Assembly (NCBI GenBank): GCA_043228905.1
Contig: JBHGNT010000001.1
Span: 20,026,001-20,090,000, forward strand
Reading direction: 5' to 3'
Origin: Azolla caroliniana
Taxonomy: Eukaryota; Plantae; Polypodiophyta
Length of the DNA: 64,000 nt
A model generated the notes under the pieces. The model was not told the origin of the DNA. It ran no database searches and was given only the letters and a program-made list of their open reading frames with translations. How positions within the stretch are numbered: position 1 is the stretch's first letter; each line of letters opens with the position of its first letter. Position numbers and translations under genes: made by a program. Of the stretch, positions 52,522-64,000 are shown piece after piece.

Positions 52522-53708
52522 CCGGTGAGAACCGGATGAGGAGTACCCGGCTTCGAAGAGCCGGATGGTGTAGACCCGGTGAGAACCGGATGAGGAGTAC
52601 CCGGCTATGGAGAGCCGGATGGTGCAGACCTGGTGAGGAGTGCTCACCGGATGAAGAGACATATTCGTAAATATGTTTCTGAGAGTCCATCATGGCTATA
52701 TTTGTAAATAGCCGAAAAGTCATATTAGTATAAATATGACTTAGGGCAATTTTTTAGTTGTGGTGGTTATTCTTGTTGGTGCAAGAAGAGAGAGAGCGCG
52801 TAACCATGTACAGAGAGAGAGAGAGAACGAGGTTGTTGCCTCTGTTGTAACCGCCGCCTGTGGCGAAGATCGTGAGCGCGAGGTCGTTGCATCCGTGAGC
52901 TCACTGTTGTAATTATTGTGACATAATGATAGTTAACAGTCAGTGGACTGCCGTGGTTTTTCCCTCTCAGGGTTTTCCACGTTAAACATCCAGTGTACTC
53001 TTTCTCTCCATTGTGTCGTGTTTTTCATTTCCCGTTTTTTGTGTATGATTCTAAGCTAGGTCGTGGCCGAGCGTTGCGTATAGGGAGCGTGTAGTTTTCA
53101 ACATTTAGTTCCGGCGTCTTTGGCATGGTAAATTCAAGCCGGATTCCCTTTGAGCGACAGTACTCCTTGAACTGCCCCCGATATTCTCCTCCGTTATCTC
53201 CTCGAACCGCCTTCAATTTCCGACCGGTATCTCTTTCCACTTTCGCTTGGAGCTCTTTGAAGACGGATAGCACCTGATCCTTCGTCTTCAACGGTGTGCC
53301 CCACAACTTCCGGTTGTGGTCATCTATGAACGTCACGGAGTGTCAGGAATAGTACTAAAGCAGAGATGGAATTAGTACTAAGAAGAACAGTACTATTAGT
53401 ACTAAGAGGACGGGACTGCGTAAGATTCCCGAGAGAGGAAGTGAGAAGAGGAGAGAGAGAGATAGCAAGAATGAAAGAGAGAGAAAGATGATGACAACAA
53501 CTAATATATTATGTGAAAAGATAAGTACAAAGTGGCTAAGAGGCTTAAGATTGGCGTTGAACCAATTTGGTTCAACATAATGCCTAGTGCCTTCTTTTAT
53601 AGTGTTGTCAGGAGTAATCCTGAAACTTCTAGAATGTTCTAGAGAAATCTGGAATATACATTACTTTGTTATAATAAAACATAAATGAAAATAATATCCT
53701 ATGAATTA

Positions 53709-53781
53709 CAGTAGATGGTGTGATGGTTAAGAGCTCGACCCATATACCATAAGGTCATGGGTTCGAGTCTTGCCATATCAT
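53709..53781 (+). other. tRNA-like A/B-box module in the chromovirus 3' LTR
   Basis: TGGTGTGATGG at 53716-53726 and GGTTCGAGTCT at 53760-53770; T8-to-G53 spacing of 45 nt. Confidence 0.55.
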
Positions 53782-56700
53782 GACACTATCTCCCCCTTAA
53801 AGACGACGAGTGGAACGAGTCGGCGTTGATTGCGAACCAGGTTTGTTCGGTGGAAATCAGCAAGCATATCTTGAGCATTGGCAACATGCTCGACGGGTTC
53901 CCAAGTGCGTTCGCTCGGACCAGAACCAGGACAATCGACCAAATAATAAAGTTTGTTGCGAATAAGTTTGGAATCGAGGATGGCAGCAACTTCATACTCC
54001 GGGCCGGCGTCCAACTCCAGCGGGGGCGGCGGTGGTGTAACACGATTGGGAATGGTGTTTGCTTTATAAGGTTCAAGAAGAGAACAATGGAAAACCGGAT
54101 GTATCTGAATCTGCGGAGGGAGATCAAGGGGGAATGTGACATCATTTACCTTACCCGTAATACGGAAAGGACCGAGTCGTCGATAATCCAACTTGTTGCA
54201 CGGTCGAGTAGTCTTGATGTGACGACGTAAGAGTCATACTCGATCTCCGATGGCAAAAGAGGAGGGAAGCCGATGACGATCCGCGTAAGTCTTCTGTGTC
54301 TGTTGAGCATGACGAAGATGAGTCGAGAGATCTGTCTGGATCTTGCATAGTCTCTCCAAATGATCCCCGGCACGAGGATTGGTAGGTAGGTCCGGGGTGT
54401 CGATCACCGACCAACGAGGATGAGAACCGGTATAAGCATAGAATGGGGAGACTCGAGTCGAGGAGTGAACAACATTATTATACCCAAACTCTGCAAAGTG
54501 GAGAATCTCGGCCCAATCGTCCTGTTGATAACTCAGGAAACACCAGAGATATTGCTCCAGCGTTTGGTTTGTTCGTTCCGCCTGCCCATCGGTTTGAGGA
54601 TGGTAGCCGGAGGAGAGGTTGCAAGAGACCTTGAGCATCTTGAAGAGATGCTGCCAAAATTTGGAGACAAATTGCGTTCCTCAGTCACTGATGATACTGT
54701 CTGGGAGGCCATGATGCCGAAATACCTCACGCATGACGAAAGCGGTGGTTTCCTCGCTAGTGATGGCCTTAGTACACGACACAAAATGTGCCATCTTCGT
54801 ATATCGATTGAAGATGGTTAAGATAGCATCGAACCCCTTCGAGACCGGCAGATCTGTGATAAAATCAAGACAAATAGACTACCAGGCTTACTTGGAATCG
54901 GTAAGGGTTCCAACAAGCCATATGGATGGTGTCGTGGCATCTTTGCTCGGCAGCAAGCATCACAGGTCCGAAAGTAGTCGTCGACAAAACGGCGCATGTG
55001 GGGCCACCAAAAAGATCGTTGCACTAGTTCCAACGTCTTAGTACTACTGAAATGTCCCGCCGTATGGGTGTTGTGACAATGCTGGACGATTTGAAGGCGA
55101 CAGGAGCAATCGGGGACATATACGCGCTTTTTAAAGAATAACAAACCATCATGATATTCAAATTGTCGGTAGGAAATACCTGGTTGTTGAGACTGAGAAT
55201 AGGATGCCCGAGAAATATCAATGTGTGCCAGGATGTCTTGAGCAAAACTATCCGTCTTCAAGTTTGCACGTATGTCATCGGTAATCCGTGAATCCATTGG
55301 GGTGTGAAAAATCCGCATCGTTCGTAATCGTGTTGGTCCCAAGATTACTTGCTTTTGATTATCAAATGTTGGATCACCAGGACGAGGTGCAAGATATGAA
55401 CGATATGAACGTCGTGATAGTGCATCTGCTTTTCCTTGCTGCTTCCCCGGTCGATATGTGATTTTGAAGTTGAAACGCGTGAGGAATTGCGCCCACCGAG
55501 CTTGCTGTCGATTTAGTACGCGAGCGTTCTGGAAATAAGCAAGATTTTTATGATCACTAAAGACAATGACCTGATGTGGAGAGCCCACTAAGAAATGCCG
55601 CCATTGCACAAATGAATCCACGATGGCTAATAACTCCTTGTCATGTATTTCGTAGTTGATTTCCGCGACATCGAATTTGCGCGAATGGAAAGTCATAGGA
55701 TGCAACTCTTCTTTATCTCCTTGTTGAGAAAGGATGCTACCGAGGGCGAAATCTGAAGTGTCGGCCTCCATGATGAATGGTTTGCTTTTATCCACATGAG
55801 CTAGAATTGGTGCTGATGTAAAGGCTTTCTTAAGATGCCGAAAAGCCATATCTGCTTCAATGGACCAAAGAAATGCTTGGCCCTTCTTTGTAAGTTGTGT
55901 GAGGGGCAAAATAATCTTCGAGTAATCCTGTATAAACTTACGATAGAAGTTAGCAAAACCTAGAAAACATTGTACATCTCGTACCGACCGTGGAATTTGC
56001 CACTCTAGTACAGTTTGGACTTTAGCTGGATCCATGGCGATGCCCTTTGAGGAGATGACGTAGCCTAGAAATTCCACTTGCTTGCAGTCAAAGCTACATT
56101 TTTCTAGCTTGGCATAAAGACCATTCTTGCGAAGTCACTTTAGTACTAATAGTACATGAGAATCGTGCTCGTGCTGGGTCTTCGAATAAATCAATAGATC
56201 ATCCAGATAGATGATCAAACAGATATCCAAGAGGTCTCTGAATATATCATTTGCCATGTGTTGGAAGACTGCGGGTGCATTGGTTAGGCCGAACGGCATA
56301 ACAGTATACTCGAAATTCCCATACCGCGTGCGAAAGGTGGTCTTCCATTCATCTCCCGGTTGGATCTGCACGAGGTTATACGCTCCTCGTAGATCGATTT
56401 TGGTAAAAAACTTGGCACCATTAACTCGTTCTAAAAGACTTGATATAAGAGGAAGTGCATACCTATTCCGGATGGTGACCATATTCAATCCGCGGTAATC
56501 AACGACGAGACGAAGTGAGCCATCTTTCTTCTTGACAAAGAAGATGGGTGCACTGGCCGGAGATTTCGAATGACGGATGAACCCGCTTGCCAAGTTCTCC
56601 TCTATGTAGGCTCGAAGGACTTCTAACTCGGTGGGTGACAAGTTGTAAATTGGTCCCCATGGTGGCTCGGTTCCTGGTTGTAAATCGATGGGACAGTCAT

Positions 56701-58487
56701 AGGGACGGTGATGAGGAAGGGTACCAGCTTTTACCTTGTCAAATACATCGGCATAAGGATGATATTTTGCCGGAAGTTGTACTGAGGAGTCCTTAATAGT
56801 GCTGGAAGGATGTATTGATATTGCAAATAGGAACATTGCCTCCTTGTGTCCTTCTTCGCGTAATTGATGGAGTGAAATGGTCGAAACTCGGTGAGTAGAT
56901 TCTTGGGGTGGTCGATATCGGACTTCTCTTGTTCTCCAATCTATGGCTGGATTATGTAATTCAAACCAAGGTAATCCTAGGACAATGGGATGCTCTTGAC
57001 TACTAATTATATTAAATGATACTACACACACAAAACTACCTAGGACAACTTGAATGGGTTCTGATTCTTCTACAATATTCCTGGAAGCAATGGGACGACC
57101 ATCAATGACTACTACAGATGCGGGACAAGGAAGTTTTCTTAAGGATATCTGAGAAGCTTGGGCAAAATTTCGATCCATGAAACAGGAATTAGCTCCGGAA
57201 TCTAAAAGTGCTAGGACAAGTACTGGGGGAGTACTTTTAGACCTAACAATGACTTGGGCTAGGAACTCATTGATAACTTTCTTGGAAGGAATGGAACCAC
57301 TAATGGGCTGTACAGATCTAGGGCTGTTGTCCAACCAAACGACTCCTATTTTGGCTGGAGTCAATCATTTAACTCTTCATCTAATTGACTAAGGATTTCA
57401 AATTTGTTTGAGATACTTGGGCTATTAGTACTATGAATACTATCAGACACTCCGAAGGGAAGAATTGGCTCGGGTTTAGTACAAGCGACGATTTGATTTA
57501 CCCGTCTTCTTGGCCTATGGGGACAATTGATGGCGATATGCCTTGGTCCACCGCAATAAAGATATAATCGATTGGCACGTCGTCGTTGCTTTTCTTCTTC
57601 CGATAACGGGCTGCGTCGACGCATGGTGTCGATCTCCATCGGTGTCGGAATATTGGCTTGAGGTACATCGCGTGCAAACGGTTTAGTCGTGGCTGAGGCT
57701 TTTGTGGGTTCCGGCTGAGAGCGTGGTATTTGTAACTGACGTTCTGAACGCCGTTCGAAAAGGCGGTTGTCGCATCGGACCGCTTGACTGATTGCCTCCG
57801 TAAGAGACTTGGTTCTTCGGGGAAGGTTAAAAGCAAGTCTTTGACATCATTGCGCAAGCCGTAGCGAAATTGCTCCATGAGGGCTTGATCATCCCAGGGG
57901 ATATCTGAGGCAAGTAGACGGAAATCCGCCACGTAGGTAGAGGCTGGACAATCGCCTTGACGCAATCTTCGGATCTTGTTGATCGTCGTCCTGATGCTGT
58001 TGGTATCTCCAAAGCAGGCTTTAAACTCACCAATAAAATCTTCAAAGTTATTAAGCAAGGGCGATTGTTTTTCTAGAAGCGGAGCGAACCATGCCAAAGC
58101 TAAGCCACTAAGTAACGTGCCTATTAGGCCAACTTGAGATGCATCAGTGGGATATCGGGAAGGATGCATCTGGATGACTAAGCGTACCTGATTAAGGAAT
58201 CCCCGGAATTTCGATCGCGTTCCATCAAATTTCACAGGAAGTCCAATCTTGGGCTCTTTATGAAATCCTTGGGGACTTGATCCTTGTTGCTGCAACGCTA
58301 CTTTGAGTTGTTGTACCCGTAACGCTAACTCCCCATGTTGTTGTTGTGTTTGTTGTTTATTGAGAGCAATTTGTTGCAGATCCCCTATCAACCGTTGGTT
58401 TTCTTGTTCCAAGGCAACAAACTTTTCTTTTAGGCACTGTAGCTCGGAGAAAACGGATTGATATTCTTGGGCGCTAACAGTAGCCAT
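53778..58487 (-). pseudogene. Chromovirus gag and pol with frameshifts and stops
   Basis: ORF pieces 57498-58487, 57361-57639, 56135-57364, 54818-56077, 54234-54638, 53778-54191. Confidence 0.92.
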
Positions 58488-58543
58488 AGTATAGGGAAAA
58501 GGATAGGAGGATGAGGGAGAACGACAAGTAGGTTGGAGGAAGA

Positions 58544-58555
58544 AAATTGGTTCAA
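58544..58555 (-). promoter_or_regulatory. Self-priming-type PBS
   Basis: TTGAACCAATTT, 2 nt from the LTR, complementary to LTR 58785-58774 (AAATTGGTTCAA on minus strand). Confidence 0.7.
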
Positions 58556-58915
58556 ACTGTCAGGAATAGTACTAAAGCAGAGATGGAATTAGTACTAAGA
58601 AGAGTAGTACTATTAGTACTAAGAGGACGGGACTGCGTAAGATTCCCGAGAGAGGAAGTGAGAAGAGGAGAGAGAGAGATAGCGAGAATGAAAGAGAGAG
58701 AAAGATGATGACAGTAGCTAATATATTATGTGAAAAGATAAGTACAAAGTGGCTAAGAGGCTTAGGACTGGCGTTGAACCAATTTGGTTCAACATAATGC
58801 CTAGTGCCTTCGTTTATAGTGTTGTCAGGAGTAATCCTGAAACTTCTAGAGAAATCTGGAATATACATTACTTTGTTATGATAAAACATAAATGAAAATA
58901 ATCTCCTATGAATTA

Positions 58916-58988
58916 CAATAGATGGTGTGATGGTTAAGAGCTCGAACCATATACCATAAGGTCATGGGTTCGAGTCTTGCCATATCTT
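58916..58988 (+). other. tRNA-like A/B-box module in the chromovirus 5' LTR
   Basis: Same module; A box at 58923, B box at 58967. Confidence 0.55.
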
Positions 58989-60334
58989 GACACGAAGTAC
59001 TGCGATCTGGCATGTGACTTCGTGTCCACTTGACACACATCAGTATGCACAAACTCCAGTGGTGCATTACGTCTTATCGGTGGCCTCGATCGGAAGGAGG
59101 TCCAGTTTTGTTTACCGGCCAGACAATTAGTGCACAGCTCACGTTCTTCAGTGGAATGAGGTTGTCGTCTGCAAGACTCTTCATCCCCTTCTCGATCACG
59201 TGACACAACCTCTTGTGCCACAGCTCACTGGCAGTGTCGGATGCCACGTTCATTTCCTCCGGACATAACCAGGCATTCATCAGGTACAAAGTGTTGACTT
59301 TCCGGGCCCGAGCCACAATTAGGCTCCCTTTGCTAAACTTCATAACACCGTTCCGAATGCTACCCGTGTAGTGGTGTAGCCGACCTACTGATATTAGGTT
59401 CAATCGAACCTCCAGAACATGTCGAACATCCTTCAGCAGCATCTTGCATCCGGTTGATGTCGTCAACCACACATCTCCTATGCCGACAATTCGGCATGTA
59501 CCTTCATTCCCCATTCAAACACGACCGTGGTCACCGGCCCAGTAGGATGAGAAGCATTTTCTATCCGGGATCAGGTGGAACGACGCTCCGGAATCGACCA
59601 CCCAGGTCATCTCGTCGCCGGCAAGGTTCAGCTCACTCTCCTCGGTGATAAGCATTAGCTCCTCTTCGTTTGCCTCGATTGCCGTCGTTCCTTTCCGGTC
59701 TTGCCCTCGTCGATCCGATGACTTCTTCGAATTGGTACTATCGATTTCCTTGTCTTTCCGGAAATGGCGACAATTCTTCTGGAAGTGCCCCGGCTTCCTG
59801 CAGTAGAAGCAAGTAGGCCTCCCTCTTGAATTTGACCGTGTCCCCGATTTTTCCCGGTTCTGGGGACTCCGGTTCCTTTGTTTTCCACGTTCCGATTCAG
59901 AAAGGAGCGCTTTTGAGTCGGGGATCGGTTCCTTGTCCTTCCGACGCGCCTCCTCGTTCAGGATGCTTGTCTTCACGATCTGCAAAGACAAGTTCTCTTC
60001 TTGGCAGGAGGTGCTGAGAGTAACCACCAAGTTCTCCCAGCTTTCCGGCAACGTACACATCAGCATGATTGCCTGCATTGCATCATCCAAGGGGAACTTG
60101 ATCGCTGCAAGTTGATTTACATACCCCATGAATGTGCTTATGTGTTCAACCATGCTCTCGCCGTCTCTGTATTTCAGGTTTATTATTTTGCTCATCAATG
60201 AGGTTCTGTTGAATGCATTCTTCCTCTCATAAAGACTCGACAACTTCTGCCACAACTTGTGGGCATTCGTGTCGTTCACCACGTGCTGAAGGACATTTAT
60301 GTCAACACACTGTCCGATAGTGGCCACGACTTTC

Positions 60335-60392
60335 TATAAAGAATCAAGAGATGGATTCTTGTGAAGCGGAAGAGATGTGAGTTATGTGTGTG

Positions 60393-60459
<67 letters not shown>

Positions 60460-63400
60460 CAGAGAATACGCAAGGTAAAAGTATATTGACAAAGGAGAAA
60501 GACTCAACATTTTACAAGGTGGGAGGAGGGTGCTTTATGTAGTCACCCTCTCTCTTCATTAACTACAAGACTCATGGAGCATGGGGAATGTGAAAGCTCA
60601 TAAGTTATGTGTCATAGAATATGATTCTATGACTCATACTAAATGCTAGAATACAAAGTGGTGACATAATGGTGACTCTTGACCGTTGGAGTGTCTCTTC
60701 ACTCTCAAGGTGAGTTCACACACTAGACCAAGTTGAGCTTGATTCTCAACACGCCCCCTCAAGCTCAAGTCGGGTCGGTTTCATACGGTATCCGAAATCC
60801 ACTTCAACTCACATTCTGGAGTCCGCGTCGACTCGTGTCGACTCGCATGTATGCGGAGTTGCGTAATCCGTGCTCCAGCTTGCGTTGTGCGTAGTTACGA
60901 AGTCTGTGCTTCGGCTTGCGTGCGTAGTTGCGAAGTCTGTGCTTCGACTTGCGTCTTTCTTCGCGGCTTTGTTGGGTGGTTGCGGAATCCACGCGTTATT
61001 GCGTAGTGTCTTCAGTACTCCCCCTCAAGCTTGGCAGGTCAGGGATCATCAATCCGAGATCGGTCATGAATTGCCATAGCTTGTCGGTTCCTAAGGATTG
61101 AGTGAAGATGTCAGCAGTTTGAGATTGGAGTTAATGTGTTGTAGGTCGACATCGCCAGCTAGAACACGCTCTCAAATGAAGTGATAGTGCACTTTGATGT
61201 GCTTTGTCCGCGCGTGGAACACCGAGTTCCGAGCCAGATAAATACTGCTCATGTTGTCGCAATAAAGGGGAGTTCAATCCTTGATGGGAACGCCCAAATC
61301 CTTCAAAATCCTCTTAAGCCATACGGCTACACATGCAGCTATGGCTGCGCCCCTATATTCCGCCTCCGTACTCGAAAGAGCGACGGTAGGCTGCTTCTTG
61401 CTACTCCAGGATATTGCTTCGTTGCCGAGGGAGAAAACAAATCCAGAGGTTGATCTTCTATCGGCTTTGTTGCCGGCCCAATCGGCGTCTGTGTACCCCT
61501 CAAGTCGTATTGGCATCGCGGTCTTGTAGACGATGTCGCAATCCATTGTGCCGCTCACGTAGCGTAGAACTCACTTAGCGCAGTCCAAGTGAGTATCACG
61601 CGGTGTTTGCATGAATTGGCCAAGGAGACCGACCGAATAACTGAGATTGGGTTGTGTGATCGTGAGGTAGATGAGACTCCCGATGAGTTGCCGATACTGA
61701 GTAGGCTGACACGCTTTGGTTCCGAAGTTTGCATCTAGTTTGAGATTGCGATCGAGCAGGGTTGCCGCGAATTTTCACTCAGCCATCCCGAACTTGTATA
61801 ACAAGTTGAGGATGTAGTGCCGTTGAGAGATCATGATTCCGGCCGGAGTCCGAATTACCTCGATGCCAAGGAAGTAGTGGAGCTCCTTCATGTCCGTCAT
61901 CTCGAACATGTCGAAAAGGAGGGATTTGACTTTATTGATTTTGACGATATGCTCACCTCCAATGACTAGGTCATCCACATATAAAATGATGACAATCGGA
62001 CTTGTGGCATCACTTCGTATGTAGAGGGAGTTGTCCGATTTTGACATACGGAAGCCGATTTGATGAAGATATTGCGTTATCTTCGAATGCCAAGCACGCG
62101 GTGCTTGCTTGAGGCCGTAGAGTGGCTTCTTGAGTCGGCAAACCGCTTTCGGATGGGTGCTCGAGTTGAAACCGGGTGGTTGGATCATGTACACTTCCTC
62201 TTCTAATTCGCCTTGTAGAAAGGCGTTCTTGACGTCCATTTGATTGAGGTGCCACCCTTTCGCCGCGGCAATCACAATTACGGTCCGCACCGTCGTCATC
62301 TTTTCCACCGGGGCAAAGGTCTCTTCGTAGTCGATGCCATACGTCTGAGCGTATCCTTTCGCTACGAGTCGAGCTTTGTAGCGGTTTATGGAGCCATCGG
62401 GGTTATACTTCACCTTGTAGATCCATCTGCATCCGATCACCTTTTTGTGTGGTGAGGTGGGAACGAGATCCCACGTCTCGTTCTTCCGTAGTGCCTGCAT
62501 CTCCTCGTTCATTGCTTCGATCCATCGTGGGTCCTTTGCGGCTTCCGAAAAGGTTTCCGGCTCCCGTACTGTCGCTACATTCATCATAAAGGCATAATGG
62601 TACACCATATAGTCATTGTAGCCGAACCGGCTTACGGGGTTCTTTTCACGAGTGGATCGGCGGAGCTTTTCATTTGTAGAGATGAGGGCTTTCTTAGCTC
62701 CGATTGGTACATCGAAGCCGCTGAACTCACTGTCAAGTGAGTGAGTCGATTCATCGTCGTCGAAGCGATCGTCTTCCTATTCCGCTATTTTTGCCTTGCC
62801 TTTGTCCATCTTCGGGCTAGGCCGTGATGTGCTTTGATCGCTCAACGGCTCTTGTGGTCCGCTCAGTCGGGTCGTGATCGGACTTTCTTCAATCATGCGC
62901 GTAGGGCAATCTTCATCCTCGATCTCTTGGTCGGTAGATTTCGGGTCGAGCGGAATCGGAGTCGGAGTTGTCTCTGGTGCGTACCAGGATGAGGACTCGT
63001 CAAAAACGATGTCTCGACTTACTCGAGATTTTCGAGTTAAAGGGTTGTAGCACTTGTACCCCTTTTGCTCCAATGAGTATCCTATGAGGATACATTTCTC
63101 CGACTTCGGGTCAAGCTTTTGACGCTTCTCGTCGGGGATGTGCACATACGCTATCGCTCCGAATATGCGGATGTGCGATAAGTCCGGCTTCTTTCCGAAG
63201 TGACCTCGTGCACGCCGGATGTTGTGCACCGGTTCATTAGGTAGACGACCGTATTTGCAGCTTCGGCCCAATATGACTTGGGCATATGCTTCTCGTTCAT
63301 CATGGCCTGTGCTACTTCGAGGATGTGCCGATTTTTGCGCTCAGCTACTCCGTTTTGTTGCGGAGTGTGTCGGCAAGTGAATTCTCGCCGAATTCCTTCC

Positions 63401-64000
63401 TTTCGGAGATACGCCGTGAAATCGTCCGAGAAGTACTCCTTGCCGCCATCCAATCGAAGTCATCGTACATGTCGGCCCGTGGCTTTCTCGACTTCATTCT
63501 TGAAGTTTTGGAAGTGTCCGAACACTTCGCTCTTTTGCCGCATCGGATAGATCCAAGTGTGCCTAGAACAGTCGTCGATGAAGAGTACGTAATATCGGCA
63601 TCCGCCGAATGTCGCCGTTTGGGCCGGACCCCATACATCGGAATGAATTACGTCGAGTATGCCTTTGTTCACATTCCGCTCCTTCGGGAATGGGTGTCGG
63701 TGTTGCTTGCCGAATTGGCACGCTTCGCATACACCTTCAATCTCCTTCTCTTTGAATGTCGGGAGTCCGATAACGGCTCCTTTCGATTTCATTGCTTTGA
63801 GTTTGTTGAGATTGATATGGCCGATTCGCTTATGCCATAGCTCTATGTCGGAGTCGGCTTTTGTCCTTTTCGCGAACATGGCGGATTTCATCTTGTGCAA
63901 ATCGAGAATGAACATCCGGCCCTCTCTTCTTCTGCGTGCGTTCATTCGGCCTTCTTTTTCGATGAAGCACCCTTCTTGGTAGAATCGTACTTGCATCCCT
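60335..64000 (-). mobile_element. Copia family B element B4 (runs off the window)
   Basis: 3' LTR 60335-60751 near-identical to the B2/B3 LTRs; PPT; RH; RT 61775-62608; integrase to 63996. Confidence 0.92.

Larger units (their letters stand above)
48887..53103 (+). mobile_element. Family C solo LTR containing a gypsy remnant
   Basis: TGTTGGGAGACAGGTCCCTCCGG...TTCAACA; TSD TTTAG at 48882-48886 and 53104-53108; homologous to 18983-21160. Confidence 0.9.
53341..58992 (-). mobile_element. Full-length Ty3/gypsy chromovirus (Tcn1-like), defective
   Basis: LTRs 53341-53785 and 58558-58992; TSD CGGAG/CGAAG; PPT 53786-53800; gag 57361-58487; protease LLDSGA; RT YLDD; RH; integrase with GPF motif; chromodomain (EYEVAAILDSK..YYLVD..TWEP). 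Confidence 0.95.
46078..60334 (-). mobile_element. Copia family C element C2, interrupted three times
   Basis: 3' LTR 46078-46598 and PPT; RH/RT 46600-48150; integrase split across 48150-48886, 53104-53340 and 58993-59250; protease/gag 59515-60327; cut by B4 at 60335. Confidence 0.88.

Noticed and set aside
53709-53781. Functional tRNA gene
   Set aside because: Acceptor, anticodon and T stems pair poorly; reported only as a tRNA-like promoter module.

Overview
Plant nuclear DNA, probably from a non-seed plant such as a fern or lycophyte (inferred from the TE content). Bases 1-12.4 kb hold one minus-strand gene of the NADP-malic enzyme family. I traced 17 GT-AG exons with an open, phase-consistent frame of about 590 codons; the last exon appears to lie left of the window. 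Several invariant active-site motifs are substituted (NDDIQGT->NGDIQAV, SNPT->SHPT, ASGSPF->ACASHS, NNAY->NSAF), and an (ATG)8 microsatellite uORF overlaps the start codon. From about 13 kb to the end the window is a nested retrotransposon block: at least four Ty1/copia families (labelled A-D here), a Tcn1-like chromovirus, non-chromoviral Ty3/gypsy remnants and LINE fragments. Most junctions resolve to the base from target-site duplications (TSDs). The most notable signals are: (1) a possible malic pseudo-enzyme; (2) a tRNA-Trp-primed gypsy family whose three copies all abut CCGG, with a 4-bp TSD where both ends survive; (3) tRNA-like Pol III A/B-box modules inside gypsy LTRs; (4) a Tf1-like self-priming PBS; (5) telomere-repeat filler at a deletion junction. 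All coordinates and counts were read by eye; no database searches were run.
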